Sequence record: KY563228.1 | Strand: one strand, 5' to 3' | Length of the DNA stretch: 16,271 nucleotides | Shown here: piece by piece, positions 1 to 6,702 of the stretch | How positions within the stretch are numbered: the stretch's first letter is position 1 | Layout: the number at the start of each line of letters is the position of its first letter | Program-made: the position numbers and the translations under genes | Notes under the pieces: generated by a model | What the model was told of the DNA's origin: nothing | The model's input: the letters and a program-made list of their open reading frames with translations, nothing else | Database searches by the model: none

Positions 1-4
1 GTAG

Positions 5-18
5 GCCCTTTATAAAGT
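5..18 (+). promoter_or_regulatory. Archaeal BRE/TATA promoter (T9-like) for the a82-b251 operon, leaderless start
   Basis: GCCCTTTATAAAGT with TATA box TTTATAAA at 9-16, about 23-30 nt upstream of ATG 39. Identical 14-mers occur at 10858 and 12051. Confidence 0.85.
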
Positions 19-38
19 CATTTTCTTTTTTTCATTCA

Positions 39-287
39 ATGAGTGCGTTAGGCGATGTAATCTATGTAATTTCGATTCTCTTTCCCGCGTTTGGTCTCAT
101 CTCAAAAAACTATTTAATCAATTTAATGGGGACATTCCTAGGAGTTTTAGGGTTTTTAGTTTTCGTTCAGGGGTACACTGATATAGCGTTTTCAGGCTCT
201 ACTTTCTATTTAGCGATCTTTCCGCTCTTATTGGGACTGGTGAACTTAGCGTACTTTTTCAATTGGCTGAGGGAAGAGAGGATCTAA
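39..287 (+). CDS. a82: Conserved fusellovirus membrane protein, SSV1 A82 homolog (82 aa)
   Basis: Three hydrophobic segments; recognisable MSALGDVIY start; first gene after the promoter. Confidence 0.9.
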   Translation: MSALGDVIYVISILFPAFGLISKNYLINLMGTFLGVLGFLVFVQGYTDIAFSGSTFYLAIFPLLLGLVNLAYFFNWLREERI

Positions 288-288
288 A

Positions 289-540
289 ATGAGGTGGGGA
301 AGGGATGATACTTATACCGGCAAAATACGCAGAAATAGCCCTAGGTTTCGATTCAATTATGCTGATTATGTCATTACTATTCAGAAAGCCAAAAGGGTGG
401 AAAGAGAGGTCAACATTAGACCGGAAAAGCATAAAACGCTTAGGGTATTATCTGGTCATATCAGCTATCGCTCTCTTAGTCTTGAATCATTATGCTTTTT
501 ACACGAATTATCTAGATTACTTCGAGGGGTTGATGGTTGA
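289..540 (+). CDS. c84: Basic 83-aa ORF, SSV1 C84 homolog, overlapping a92 in another frame
   Basis: Position and size match SSV1 c84. It overlaps a92 by 236 nt, so expression is uncertain. Confidence 0.5.
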   Translation: MRWGRDDTYTGKIRRNSPRFRFNYADYVITIQKAKRVEREVNIRPEKHKTLRVLSGHISYRSLSLESLCFLHELSRLLRGVDG

Positions 541-589
541 CGCTTTCTTCTTTTATTTAGGTCTTAGGGCGGTGATCCAAAATGAATGA
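305..589 (+). CDS. a92: Membrane protein, SSV1 A92 homolog (94 aa)
   Basis: Three hydrophobic stretches; strong SD-like GAGGTGGGG at 291-299; 3' end overlaps the b277 start. Confidence 0.88.
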   Translation: MILIPAKYAEIALGFDSIMLIMSLLFRKPKGWKERSTLDRKSIKRLGYYLVISAIALLVLNHYAFYTNYLDYFEGLMVDAFFFYLGLRAVIQNE

Positions 590-1427
590 TGGAAAATTAG
601 TTTCTGTGTGGGAAGAAGAGATAAAGAAAGCCCAAACATTGGAGGAGTTAAAGCAGAAGTATGAAGAGGCTCAGAAACAGATAGCGGATAGCAAAACGCT
701 TAAACGCTTATACAAAGTTTATGAGAAAAAGCAGACGGAATTATTGTTACAACAGTATAGGCAGATAAAGGCAGAACTGGAAAAGAGAAAGAAGATAAAG
801 AAAAAGGATAAGGCGGATATCAGAGTAAGAATAGTCAAGAAGTGGATAAATTCGCGTCTGTTCACTGCAGAGCATTACGTGGCGATGTTACAACAATCGA
901 AAGATGGTTTACAGTTACTGTTTCTAAGAAAGGCGAAACTGGTGGAAAATCAGGGCTATTTAATGTTAGAGAATAAGAAGATGAGGAAGAGTTGGGTGCT
1001 TAACGGTGAGCCTCTGTTACTTGAAAAGAGTAAGTTTCCATTCGGAAAGAAGTTTGTGGCTGTACACTTTGTCCTACCCGACTTTCCTTACACCCTCAAT
1101 TTAACGGTTGACGACAGAATAAGACAGTTAACGCTGAAAACGCTAAACGCCCCTCAGATAATACACAGTATCGTTAGGACTAAGTTCTTTGAGGCGTTAG
1201 CCAGAGTAGGTGGTGGGCCTGATTTGATGATGTTGATAATCGGCGTAGTGATGGGCATCGGCATCGGTGTGGCGATAGGATTCGGAATAGCCAATGCAAA
1301 CTTGACACATTTACTATCTCAGCACGTGACTAATAGCACAGTAACTACTACGACACACATACCTACAACAACAACTACGTCACCCTCATTTACGATTCCG
1401 TCAAACTCCTCAAAAGGGGTGAGCTGA
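582..1427 (+). CDS. b277: SSV1 B277 homolog (281 aa): basic coiled N-terminus, Gly-rich C-terminal TM helix, Thr-rich tail
   Basis: N-terminus (GKLVSVWEEEIKKAQTLEELKQKYEEAQKQI) matches recalled B277; TM LMMLIIGVVMGIGIGVAIGFGIA; GGTGA upstream. Confidence 0.92.
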   Translation: MNDGKLVSVWEEEIKKAQTLEELKQKYEEAQKQIADSKTLKRLYKVYEKKQTELLLQQYRQIKAELEKRKKIKKKDKADIRVRIVKKWINSRLFTAEHYVAMLQQSKDGLQLLFLRKAKLVENQGYLMLENKKMRKSWVLNGEPLLLEKSKFPFGKKFVAVHFVLPDFPYTLNLTVDDRIRQLTLKTLNAPQIIHSIVRTKFFEALARVGGGPDLMMLIIGVVMGIGIGVAIGFGIANANLTHLLSQHVTNSTVTTTTHIPTTTTTSPSFTIPSNSSKGVS

Positions 1428-1428
1428 A

Positions 1429-1698
1429 ATGATTGAAGAAGAGGTGAAAAGGATTTTGCAGAAAAATGGGTTAAAGGTGGAAAAAGTGGTAATCCTACCG
1501 TCAGACGATACTAATGCAAAATACATTAAGAAATATGAAGGGTTTGTAAGACTCACAGAAATTTACACGGGCGTAGCAGTCGTTGAGGGCATACAGATCC
1601 CGTTTATCGCTCAATACCTTGGAGGTAAGGTACATGTTTACCTTTACCCTGGAAAGGATTTTTATTTGTCACACCTGGTAGGTGAGCTGAATGGCTAA
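1429..1698 (+). CDS. c102a: 89-aa protein, probable SSV1 C102a homolog
   Basis: C-terminus YLYPGKDFYLSHLVGELNG resembles recalled C102a; lies between b277 and a154; SD GGGGTGAG upstream. Confidence 0.75.
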   Translation: MIEEEVKRILQKNGLKVEKVVILPSDDTNAKYIKKYEGFVRLTEIYTGVAVVEGIQIPFIAQYLGGKVHVYLYPGKDFYLSHLVGELNG

Positions 1699-2143
1699 GA
1701 AGGCCCAAACTGTTGAGGAATTAAAGAAAGAGAATGAAGAGTTAAAGAACAAGTTAGCAGAGTTAGAGAGTTTTATTAATAATAATGAGGATGAAAAGTT
1801 ACAAGAGATAGAGAACCCTTACACAGTCACGAATCGTACTATCAGCGAACTCGTTAGCCCTAAGGACACCATGTTCTATTTATCAGGGTCTCAGATATCG
1901 TTAATCTTAACGGCGTTTGAATTTGCCAGACTCCCTAGTTATTTTGGGGAAGAACCCGTAACGGAATTAGCGGAATACGCCAATAAACTAAAGCATTATC
2001 TAGTCTCGAAAGGCGGAAGAGGGCGTAGGGATATACTCAGGGTGTTGAGAGTTAGTAGTGGTCAGGTCAGAGAGAATGTGAATAAGAGTTTATTCAGACA
2101 ACTATTTAACCATGGTGAAGAACATGAAGATGAAACAGAATAA
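1691..2143 (+). CDS. a154: SSV1 A154 homolog (150 aa), N-terminal coiled coil
   Basis: Conserved position directly upstream of the b251 ATPase; SD GGTGAG; overlaps both neighbours. Confidence 0.9.
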   Translation: MAKKAQTVEELKKENEELKNKLAELESFINNNEDEKLQEIENPYTVTNRTISELVSPKDTMFYLSGSQISLILTAFEFARLPSYFGEEPVTELAEYANKLKHYLVSKGGRGRRDILRVLRVSSGQVRENVNKSLFRQLFNHGEEHEDETE

Positions 2144-2864
2144 AGAAAAATGGTTATGGTTAGGGTCAAAGATTATTGACGCTTACGAAACTAACGGGTT
2201 TGAGAGTGCTATAGTTTTCGGTAAACAAGGTGTGGGTAAAACGACTTATGCGTTAAAAGTGGCAAAGGAGGTTTATCAAAGGTTAGGTCATGAACCGGAT
2301 GAGGCATGGCAATTTGCTCTTGACTCTCTGTTCTTTGAACTAAAAGACGCTCTAAGGTTGATGAAGATATTTAGAGAGAACGATAGGACTATTCCGGTTA
2401 TCATTTTTGACGATGCGGGGTTATGGTTACAAAAATATGAATGGCAAAGAGAGGATTTGATGAAGTTCTATAAAGTATATAATATAATAAGGAATATTGT
2501 GAGCGGTCTGATATTTACAACTCCATCGCCAAACGATATAACATTCTATATAAGAGAAAAAGGATGGAAACTAATAAAAATCGTAAGAAACGGGTCAGCG
2601 AAAGGCATCAGGAAAGCCAAGGCGAAAATAGCAGTAAATACAATAACGATTAAGAAAGGGAAAATACAAAATGTGGTTAAATGGAAAACAATAGACGATT
2701 ATACTGTGCATTTGCCAGATTGGGTATTTAAGGAATATCAGGAAAGAAGGAAAATTTACGAAGAGAAAGCGTTAGAAGAGTTAGATAAAATCTTAAGTGA
2801 TGGGGATCCTGAAACTACGTTAAATCCATCCCAACCGCGTAAAATTAATGACCTACTGGAGTAG
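2112..2864 (+). CDS. b251: P-loop ATPase, SSV1 B251 homolog (proposed in the literature as DnaA-like or packaging ATPase)
   Basis: Walker A GKQGVGKT and Walker B IIFDD. The true start could be ATG 2124 or 2130, downstream of GGTGA at 2114-2118. Confidence 0.95.
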   Translation: MVKNMKMKQNKEKWLWLGSKIIDAYETNGFESAIVFGKQGVGKTTYALKVAKEVYQRLGHEPDEAWQFALDSLFFELKDALRLMKIFRENDRTIPVIIFDDAGLWLQKYEWQREDLMKFYKVYNIIRNIVSGLIFTTPSPNDITFYIREKGWKLIKIVRNGSAKGIRKAKAKIAVNTITIKKGKIQNVVKWKTIDDYTVHLPDWVFKEYQERRKIYEEKALEELDKILSDGDPETTLNPSQPRKINDLLE

Positions 2865-2885
2865 TGAAACGGGGGTTAGGTTAGG

Positions 2886-3080
2886 ATGAGAAAGTTATGG
2901 ATCGTCAAAGCAAAGGACACTTACGGCGATGTTGTTTGGATGAAAATGACAAAAAGGAAAAAGAAGGCTGAGAAATATTTAGAGGAATGTCAGGAGTTTT
3001 TTGAGGAATATGGTATAAACTGTGAAATGAAGTTAGGGGAATTCTATACTCTCGATGAAGCTGAACGATTGAATTTATAA
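2886..3080 (+). CDS. Hypothetical 64-aa accessory protein
   Basis: ATG start, protein-like composition, co-oriented with b251, followed by a T-rich terminator. No homolog recognised. Confidence 0.7.
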   Translation: MRKLWIVKAKDTYGDVVWMKMTKRKKKAEKYLEECQEFFEEYGINCEMKLGEFYTLDEAERLNL

Positions 3081-3091
3081 AAGGTCCTCAG

Positions 3092-3142
3092 TTTATTTTT
3101 TTCAAATATAGAAAGGTCCAGACACTGTTTTTTGAAAAAACA
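3092..3142. terminator. Convergent, probably bidirectional T-rich terminator region
   Basis: T7 run at 3096-3102, plus TGTTTTTT-G-AAAAAACA at 3126-3142 (perfect 8-bp inverted repeat giving a T-tract on each strand), between convergent genes. Confidence 0.65.
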
Positions 3143-3155
3143 AAATCTGGTCCTA

Positions 3156-4163
3156 TTAAAAATTGTTACTTATCCATTCTGCGTACTTCTTATACTCTTT
3201 TTTCGCTAAAGTAAGTAAGTCCAAATAATGCTTTGTTAGGATATTCCCGGGTGTCCTACCTTCTAAGAAGTCTACAATTTCTGAGGGGATTCCGAGACTG
3301 AGCAGTTGGGTGGCCACGAATTTTCTGATATACTTAGGTGGGACTAAATTAAGCTTTCTAACATATTTATCCACATAAGCTTTTGAAATCTTAATTTGTT
3401 TTAGCTCTGTAACATGGAATAAGTAGAAACTCTTCTTTTGACCCCTAGTCCAATTGAGTATATATACGCTAAACCCTTCTTCCCTAATTTCGTTTTCCGG
3501 GTTATAATCGTTTAATACTTTAAGTGCTTCAGTTTCTCTTGAACCGCTTTCCAGTAATAACCTATAAAATGTATGAAGAGTAGGATATTGTTTAACGGTG
3601 ATAAAAGTTTGGCGTACTTCTTCTAATGTCGGCACTTTTAGGTCTGGTCTAGTTTTTTTGACTTTCAGAGTTTCGGGCGGGTCTTTGTTCAGCACGAGTT
3701 TGTAGAAGTTACGCCATGCCTTTATACAATTATTTGACCCTTTTCTTCTTTGCTTAATACACGAGATATACTGTTTTATTGTCTCTTCACTGATATTCTT
3801 ACTACGTAGAGCTAATTCGAATTTGAGTAAATCACTTGCGGAAATTTGAATGTTATTATCAGCCGTGCTTTCCGTGTCCTTTGTGATAACTTCTTTCAAT
3901 TCATCGTAATTAGCATGAGGGGTGTTAGGGGGTATCCCCCTAACGCCGGCCTCCCAAGCCGGTGATCCCGGGTTCAAATCCCGGCGGCCGCATAGTGGGG
4001 GAATCCCCCACACCCCCAATGCTATTTCTACTACCTTATCTAAAGAACCTACGTAACGGTCTCTTCTCTGACCGCCATCACCCTTCTCTATTAAGTAAAC
4101 ATAATACTTTCCCTTAACCTCACGAATCCTTATATCACCAAATGTGAAAACTTTATTACCCAT
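3156..4163 (-). CDS. int: SSV-type tyrosine integrase, D335 homolog (335 aa from ATG 4163)
   Basis: Catalytic motifs LESGSRETE (R), KYIRKF (R), GRTP and KHY (Y). N-terminus FGDIRIREVKGKYYVYL is typical. The start was moved from the track's 4253 to ATG 4163, which gives 335 aa like SSV1 D335. Confidence 0.96.
   Translation of the reverse strand: MGNKVFTFGDIRIREVKGKYYVYLIEKGDGGQRRDRYVGSLDKVVEIALGVWGIPPLCGRRDLNPGSPAWEAGVRGIPPNTPHANYDELKEVITKDTESTADNNIQISASDLLKFELALRSKNISEETIKQYISCIKQRRKGSNNCIKAWRNFYKLVLNKDPPETLKVKKTRPDLKVPTLEEVRQTFITVKQYPTLHTFYRLLLESGSRETEALKVLNDYNPENEIREEGFSVYILNWTRGQKKSFYLFHVTELKQIKISKAYVDKYVRKLNLVPPKYIRKFVATQLLSLGIPSEIVDFLEGRTPGNILTKHYLDLLTLAKKEYKKYAEWISNNF
3943..3992 (+). 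other. attP: attP: 3' portion of tRNA-Gly(CCC) embedded in the integrase gene
   Basis: Anticodon stem CCGGC/GCCGG with loop CT-CCC-AA (CCC at 3953-3955); T-arm CCGGG-TTCAAAT-CCCGG; acceptor 3' strand CGGCCGC plus discriminator A. The 5' half of the tRNA is absent. Confidence 0.93.
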
Positions 4164-4370
4164 ACCTTCAGCCCATTTATATTTATCACGTAAGCATTTA
4201 AAAAGGATGATAATTATCTTATCGCCCGTTAAACTGAAAGAAGATGATAACAATTCCTCACTTTTGCAAAAAACCGAATTTCGTGGACAGTGCTGCAGTG
4301 TAAAAATTCAATGAGTCTCATCTAAGGTTTTCTGACTGTCTCAACTAATCTTTATTTAGAGAATTTTTGC

Positions 4371-4644
4371 GTAGTAAGGACAATTTATACTACGTTACTA
4401 CGCTCTTTCAATTCAACATTGATTTTATTAAATTAAAAGTAAAAGTAACGTATGTAGTAACGTAGTATGGTGTAGTAAGGATTTTTATTTGAAGTGTATA
4501 GGCATCTTTATTTTTAATACCCCACTATTACCCCCCGCCTTACTACTTATACTACGTTACTACACGTTAATCCGCGTGTAATCTTATGTTGAAATGAAAG
4601 AAAGGTAACGGCGTAGTATAGCTTCAAAAAGTCTCTTATACTAC
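4371..4644. repeat. Nested inverted-repeat region with 11 TACTAC/GTAGTA hexamers
   Basis: 17-nt direct repeat TTATACTACGTTACTAC at 4385-4401 and 4547-4563; inverted copy at 4454-4468; inverted arms 4404-4419/4586-4601 (15/16) and 4386-4394/4612-4620. Confidence 0.9.
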
Positions 4645-4702
4645 AAAATTTATTCTGTTCCAGAATTTGTTGGTCCATATGTTGGTCCATATGCTGGACC
4701 AT
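4547..4702 (-). CDS. Possible 51-aa ORF (MVQHMDQHMDQQILEQ...) coupled to the nuclease stop; not in the ORF track
   Basis: TGATG stop/start overlap at 4700-4704; open frame to TAA at 4547-4549. It runs through repeat DNA, so it may be non-coding. Confidence 0.3.
   Translation of the reverse strand: MVQHMDQHMDQQILEQNKFCSIRDFLKLYYAVTFLSFQHKITRGLTCSNVV
4669..4702. repeat. 12-bp tandem repeat GTTGGTCCATAT x2 plus a degenerate third copy
   Basis: Copies at 4669-4680 and 4681-4692, then GCTGGACCAT. TGGTCCA (4683-4689) and TGGACCA (4695-4701) are also mutually inverted. Confidence 0.85.
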
Positions 4703-5301
4703 CACTTAATGAAAGCTTTGAGCCAGTTCTTGAATCTTGAGGGTTTCCAAAATTCCTTCCATGGAATTAAGATATACTCGTTTTCCCCTTTCGCAAACTC
4801 CTTAGTACTTATCGCTATGCCCTTCTTCTTCAAAAGCGTAATATAATCCACTGTGATGAACCTTATTTCACCCTCATTATCTGCTATGTTAGCTATAACT
4901 GCTTTTGCTTTATAGTACTGTTGTAAAACTAAGCCTACTGCATGTTTCACTCCTAAAACAGCTACGTAACTTCCTTTCAAATCCATCCCATGTAACCTAG
5001 AACTACTTTGTCTCTTTGTGAACTGAGTACCAGTTATATCAATATACATATTATATTTAGGAATATAGAAATCGTATTTCTTCTTAGGGTCACCTTCCCA
5101 TGTGTCATCAGTTTTCTCATCTGATAAAACGCCTATGCCGTTTACAACTATATCATTTTCAGATAAGTTAAGTGTAAGCATAAGCCACTTACGGGCTATG
5201 TCTTCCCTTATTGTTGTTAAAGTCCATAATTTAGCGTATTTATCTTTTAATGTGTTAGCAAAAGAATTAGCAGTCACGCGGTCAAACCTCCACCTAATCA
5301 C
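4702..5301 (-). CDS. Putative PD-(D/E)XK-fold nuclease, probable SSV1 D244 / SSV-RH D212 family (199 aa)
   Basis: KYDFYIPKYNMYIDITG resembles the PD...(D/E)xK core; syntenic upstream of int. GTG start at 5301; an alternative GTG downstream of GGAGG would give 191 aa. Confidence 0.6.
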   Translation of the reverse strand: MIRWRFDRVTANSFANTLKDKYAKLWTLTTIREDIARKWLMLTLNLSENDIVVNGIGVLSDEKTDDTWEGDPKKKYDFYIPKYNMYIDITGTQFTKRQSSSRLHGMDLKGSYVAVLGVKHAVGLVLQQYYKAKAVIANIADNEGEIRFITVDYITLLKKKGIAISTKEFAKGENEYILIPWKEFWKPSRFKNWLKAFIK

Positions 5302-5710
5302 CTAAGAGTTCATTAATCTTTCTTAGCTTCTCATAATCTAACTTCCCTTCTTTCTTTAACTTCTCAAGTTTCTTTATAATATTGTCAGCTAATCCTTCGA
5401 TATAATATTTCTTTGCCCATCTTTCCAATGCATCACTAATTATTGAAATACTAAAGTGATGTGACTGTCTGACTATTGTATGTATTTTCTTAGCGATTTT
5501 CGCTATATCCAATTTAGAATCAGAATTCGTAATTATTAATGTCACGTCTGCATATGTAGCTATAATTTTGTCTTTCTCTATCTCTATAACGAGTTTGTAG
5601 CCATGCTGATGCGTTATTATAATCTTGTGTGGCTGAATTTCGATTGAAATTGTCGAAGCATTTTTATTGTGTGAATGAAGCTGAGCATATATTTCCGCCA
5701 TAGAAGTCAC
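5294..5710 (-). CDS. Hypothetical 138-aa protein
   Basis: GTG overlaps the d63 stop with SD GAGGGTGA upstream (alternative ATG 5701); its stop overlaps the next start. No homolog recognised. Confidence 0.75.
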   Translation of the reverse strand: MTSMAEIYAQLHSHNKNASTISIEIQPHKIIITHQHGYKLVIEIEKDKIIATYADVTLIITNSDSKLDIAKIAKKIHTIVRQSHHFSISIISDALERWAKKYYIEGLADNIIKKLEKLKKEGKLDYEKLRKINELLGD

Positions 5711-5901
5711 GGCAGAGTCACCCTCAACAACTGGTACAACTCCATCTCGATTTTTTGCACTTGGAAATAGGCCTTCCCTAATTTCTGCTTATCCAAGTTC
5801 CCTAGTCTGGAGTCTATTGTAATCTCATGTATCAACGTTAATAATTCTCTTGTGTCTTCATCTAACATTCTTAATACTTCGCTCTTCAATACTTCTGTCA
5901 T
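5707..5901 (-). CDS. d63: SSV1 D63 homolog (ROP-like helical adaptor, 64 aa)
   Basis: [16 protein letters not shown]...[23 protein letters not shown] closely matches recalled SSV1 D63. Confidence 0.92.
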   Translation of the reverse strand: MTEVLKSEVLRMLDEDTRELLTLIHEITIDSRLGNLDKQKLGKAYFQVQKIEMELYQLLRVTLP

Positions 5902-6359
5902 CAGTTCACCAACCTCCTTAAAGCATCTAATTTCTCTTGTAGATCTTTCATTCTTGAGATTGGCAAAACATACGCGTTCTGCTTTGCGTTAAAGTTGTTC
6001 TTCTGAATCGTTATTAGTAAGCTCTCTAACTCGTTTAACAGTTCCGTCAGCTTTGAGATATCTAATTTGACCTCACTTTTTGCCTCACTTTTACTTATAT
6101 TTATATTGAATACGACATTACTTCCCTGAGTTGACTTGTTAACAATATTTTGAAAAGCTTTTTTCAAGTCTTCAGGAATCTCAATGCCCTTTTCGACCGC
6201 TTTTGATATTATGTACGCAGAAACTAATTGTTTGAGTTCCGCTATATCGTCCTTATTGAGGTCTAAGGCCTCATAGATAACATAAATTGCTGTAGGAATT
6301 CTGACGCCAATAACTTTAGTCCTCTTGGCTTTCAAAATTTTATCTAAAAGATCTACCAT
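5901..6359 (-). CDS. 152-aa protein with an RHH-like N-terminus and C-terminal coiled coil
   Basis: [13 protein letters not shown] is a typical RHH beta-strand followed by a helix; SD GAGGTGA upstream; TGATG coupling to d63. Confidence 0.8.
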   Translation of the reverse strand: MVDLLDKILKAKRTKVIGVRIPTAIYVIYEALDLNKDDIAELKQLVSAYIISKAVEKGIEIPEDLKKAFQNIVNKSTQGSNVVFNINISKSEAKSEVKLDISKLTELLNELESLLITIQKNNFNAKQNAYVLPISRMKDLQEKLDALRRLVN

Positions 6360-6366
6360 TTTTTTC

Positions 6367-6702
6367 TCACCTCTCTGAAACTTTTACTAAAACTAACTGA
6401 GTCAAAAATGACGTAAAAGTTGATAATTTACTCAGCCTACGAAAGAGTATATGGGGTATAGTTAGTATTAGAGGGAAAAGTGTTAACAAAGTGTTAACAC
6501 TTTTTATTTTAGTTAAAGTTTGGGGGGGTATACTCTTTTGAAAAGTGAGTAAATAGTAGGAGTTTAACGTTATTTTTGACTCGGGGTTTTTAGACAATTT
6601 TTGACTCAGTGTGAGTAACTTAGAAACGCTATTTGTTGTCATTAGTGACTCAGAGAAATATGACTGAGTAAACATATCGTTTTTGCCTAAATTTTGACTC
6701 AC
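6367..6702 (-). CDS. Low-complexity 111-aa ORF overlapping a large dyad-symmetry element
   Basis: GTGA overlap with the upstream gene suggests coupling, but the S/T/L/K-rich sequence mirrors the DNA repeats and the TGA stop is part of the next gene's SD. Confidence 0.45.
   Translation of the reverse strand: MSQNLGKNDMFTQSYFSESLMTTNSVSKLLTLSQKLSKNPESKITLNSYYLLTFQKSIPPQTLTKIKSVNTLLTLFPLILTIPHILFRRLSKLSTFTSFLTQLVLVKVSER
6387..6701. repeat. Phased dyad symmetry centred at 6490 plus nine T(G/T)ACTC iteron-like motifs
   Basis: Inverted arms 6476-6488/6492-6504 (13/13), 6442-6451/6529-6538 (10/10), 6427-6434/6546-6553 (8/8), 6399-6418/6563-6582 (18/20), 6387-6392/6588-6593 (6/6). Confidence 0.92.

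Noticed and set aside
3083-3153. GGTCC at 3083, 3115 and 3149, and again at 4672-4700, as paired sites around int
   Set aside because: A 5-mer with different spacing at the two locations; too weak to support a function.
3943-3992. Functional tRNA-Gly gene
   Set aside because: The 5' acceptor strand and D-arm are missing; this is attP.
4164-4253. 30-aa N-terminal extension of the integrase
   Set aside because: Similarity to SSV integrases begins at MGNK (ATG 4163), which gives the typical 335 aa.
4371-4644. Mini-CRISPR array or MITE
   Set aside because: No regular repeat-spacer periodicity, repeats are in mixed orientation, and no target-site duplication is visible around the outer arms.
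5102-5305. 67-aa plus-strand ORF
   Set aside because: Antisense shadow of the 199-aa nuclease gene; no supporting RBS or promoter.
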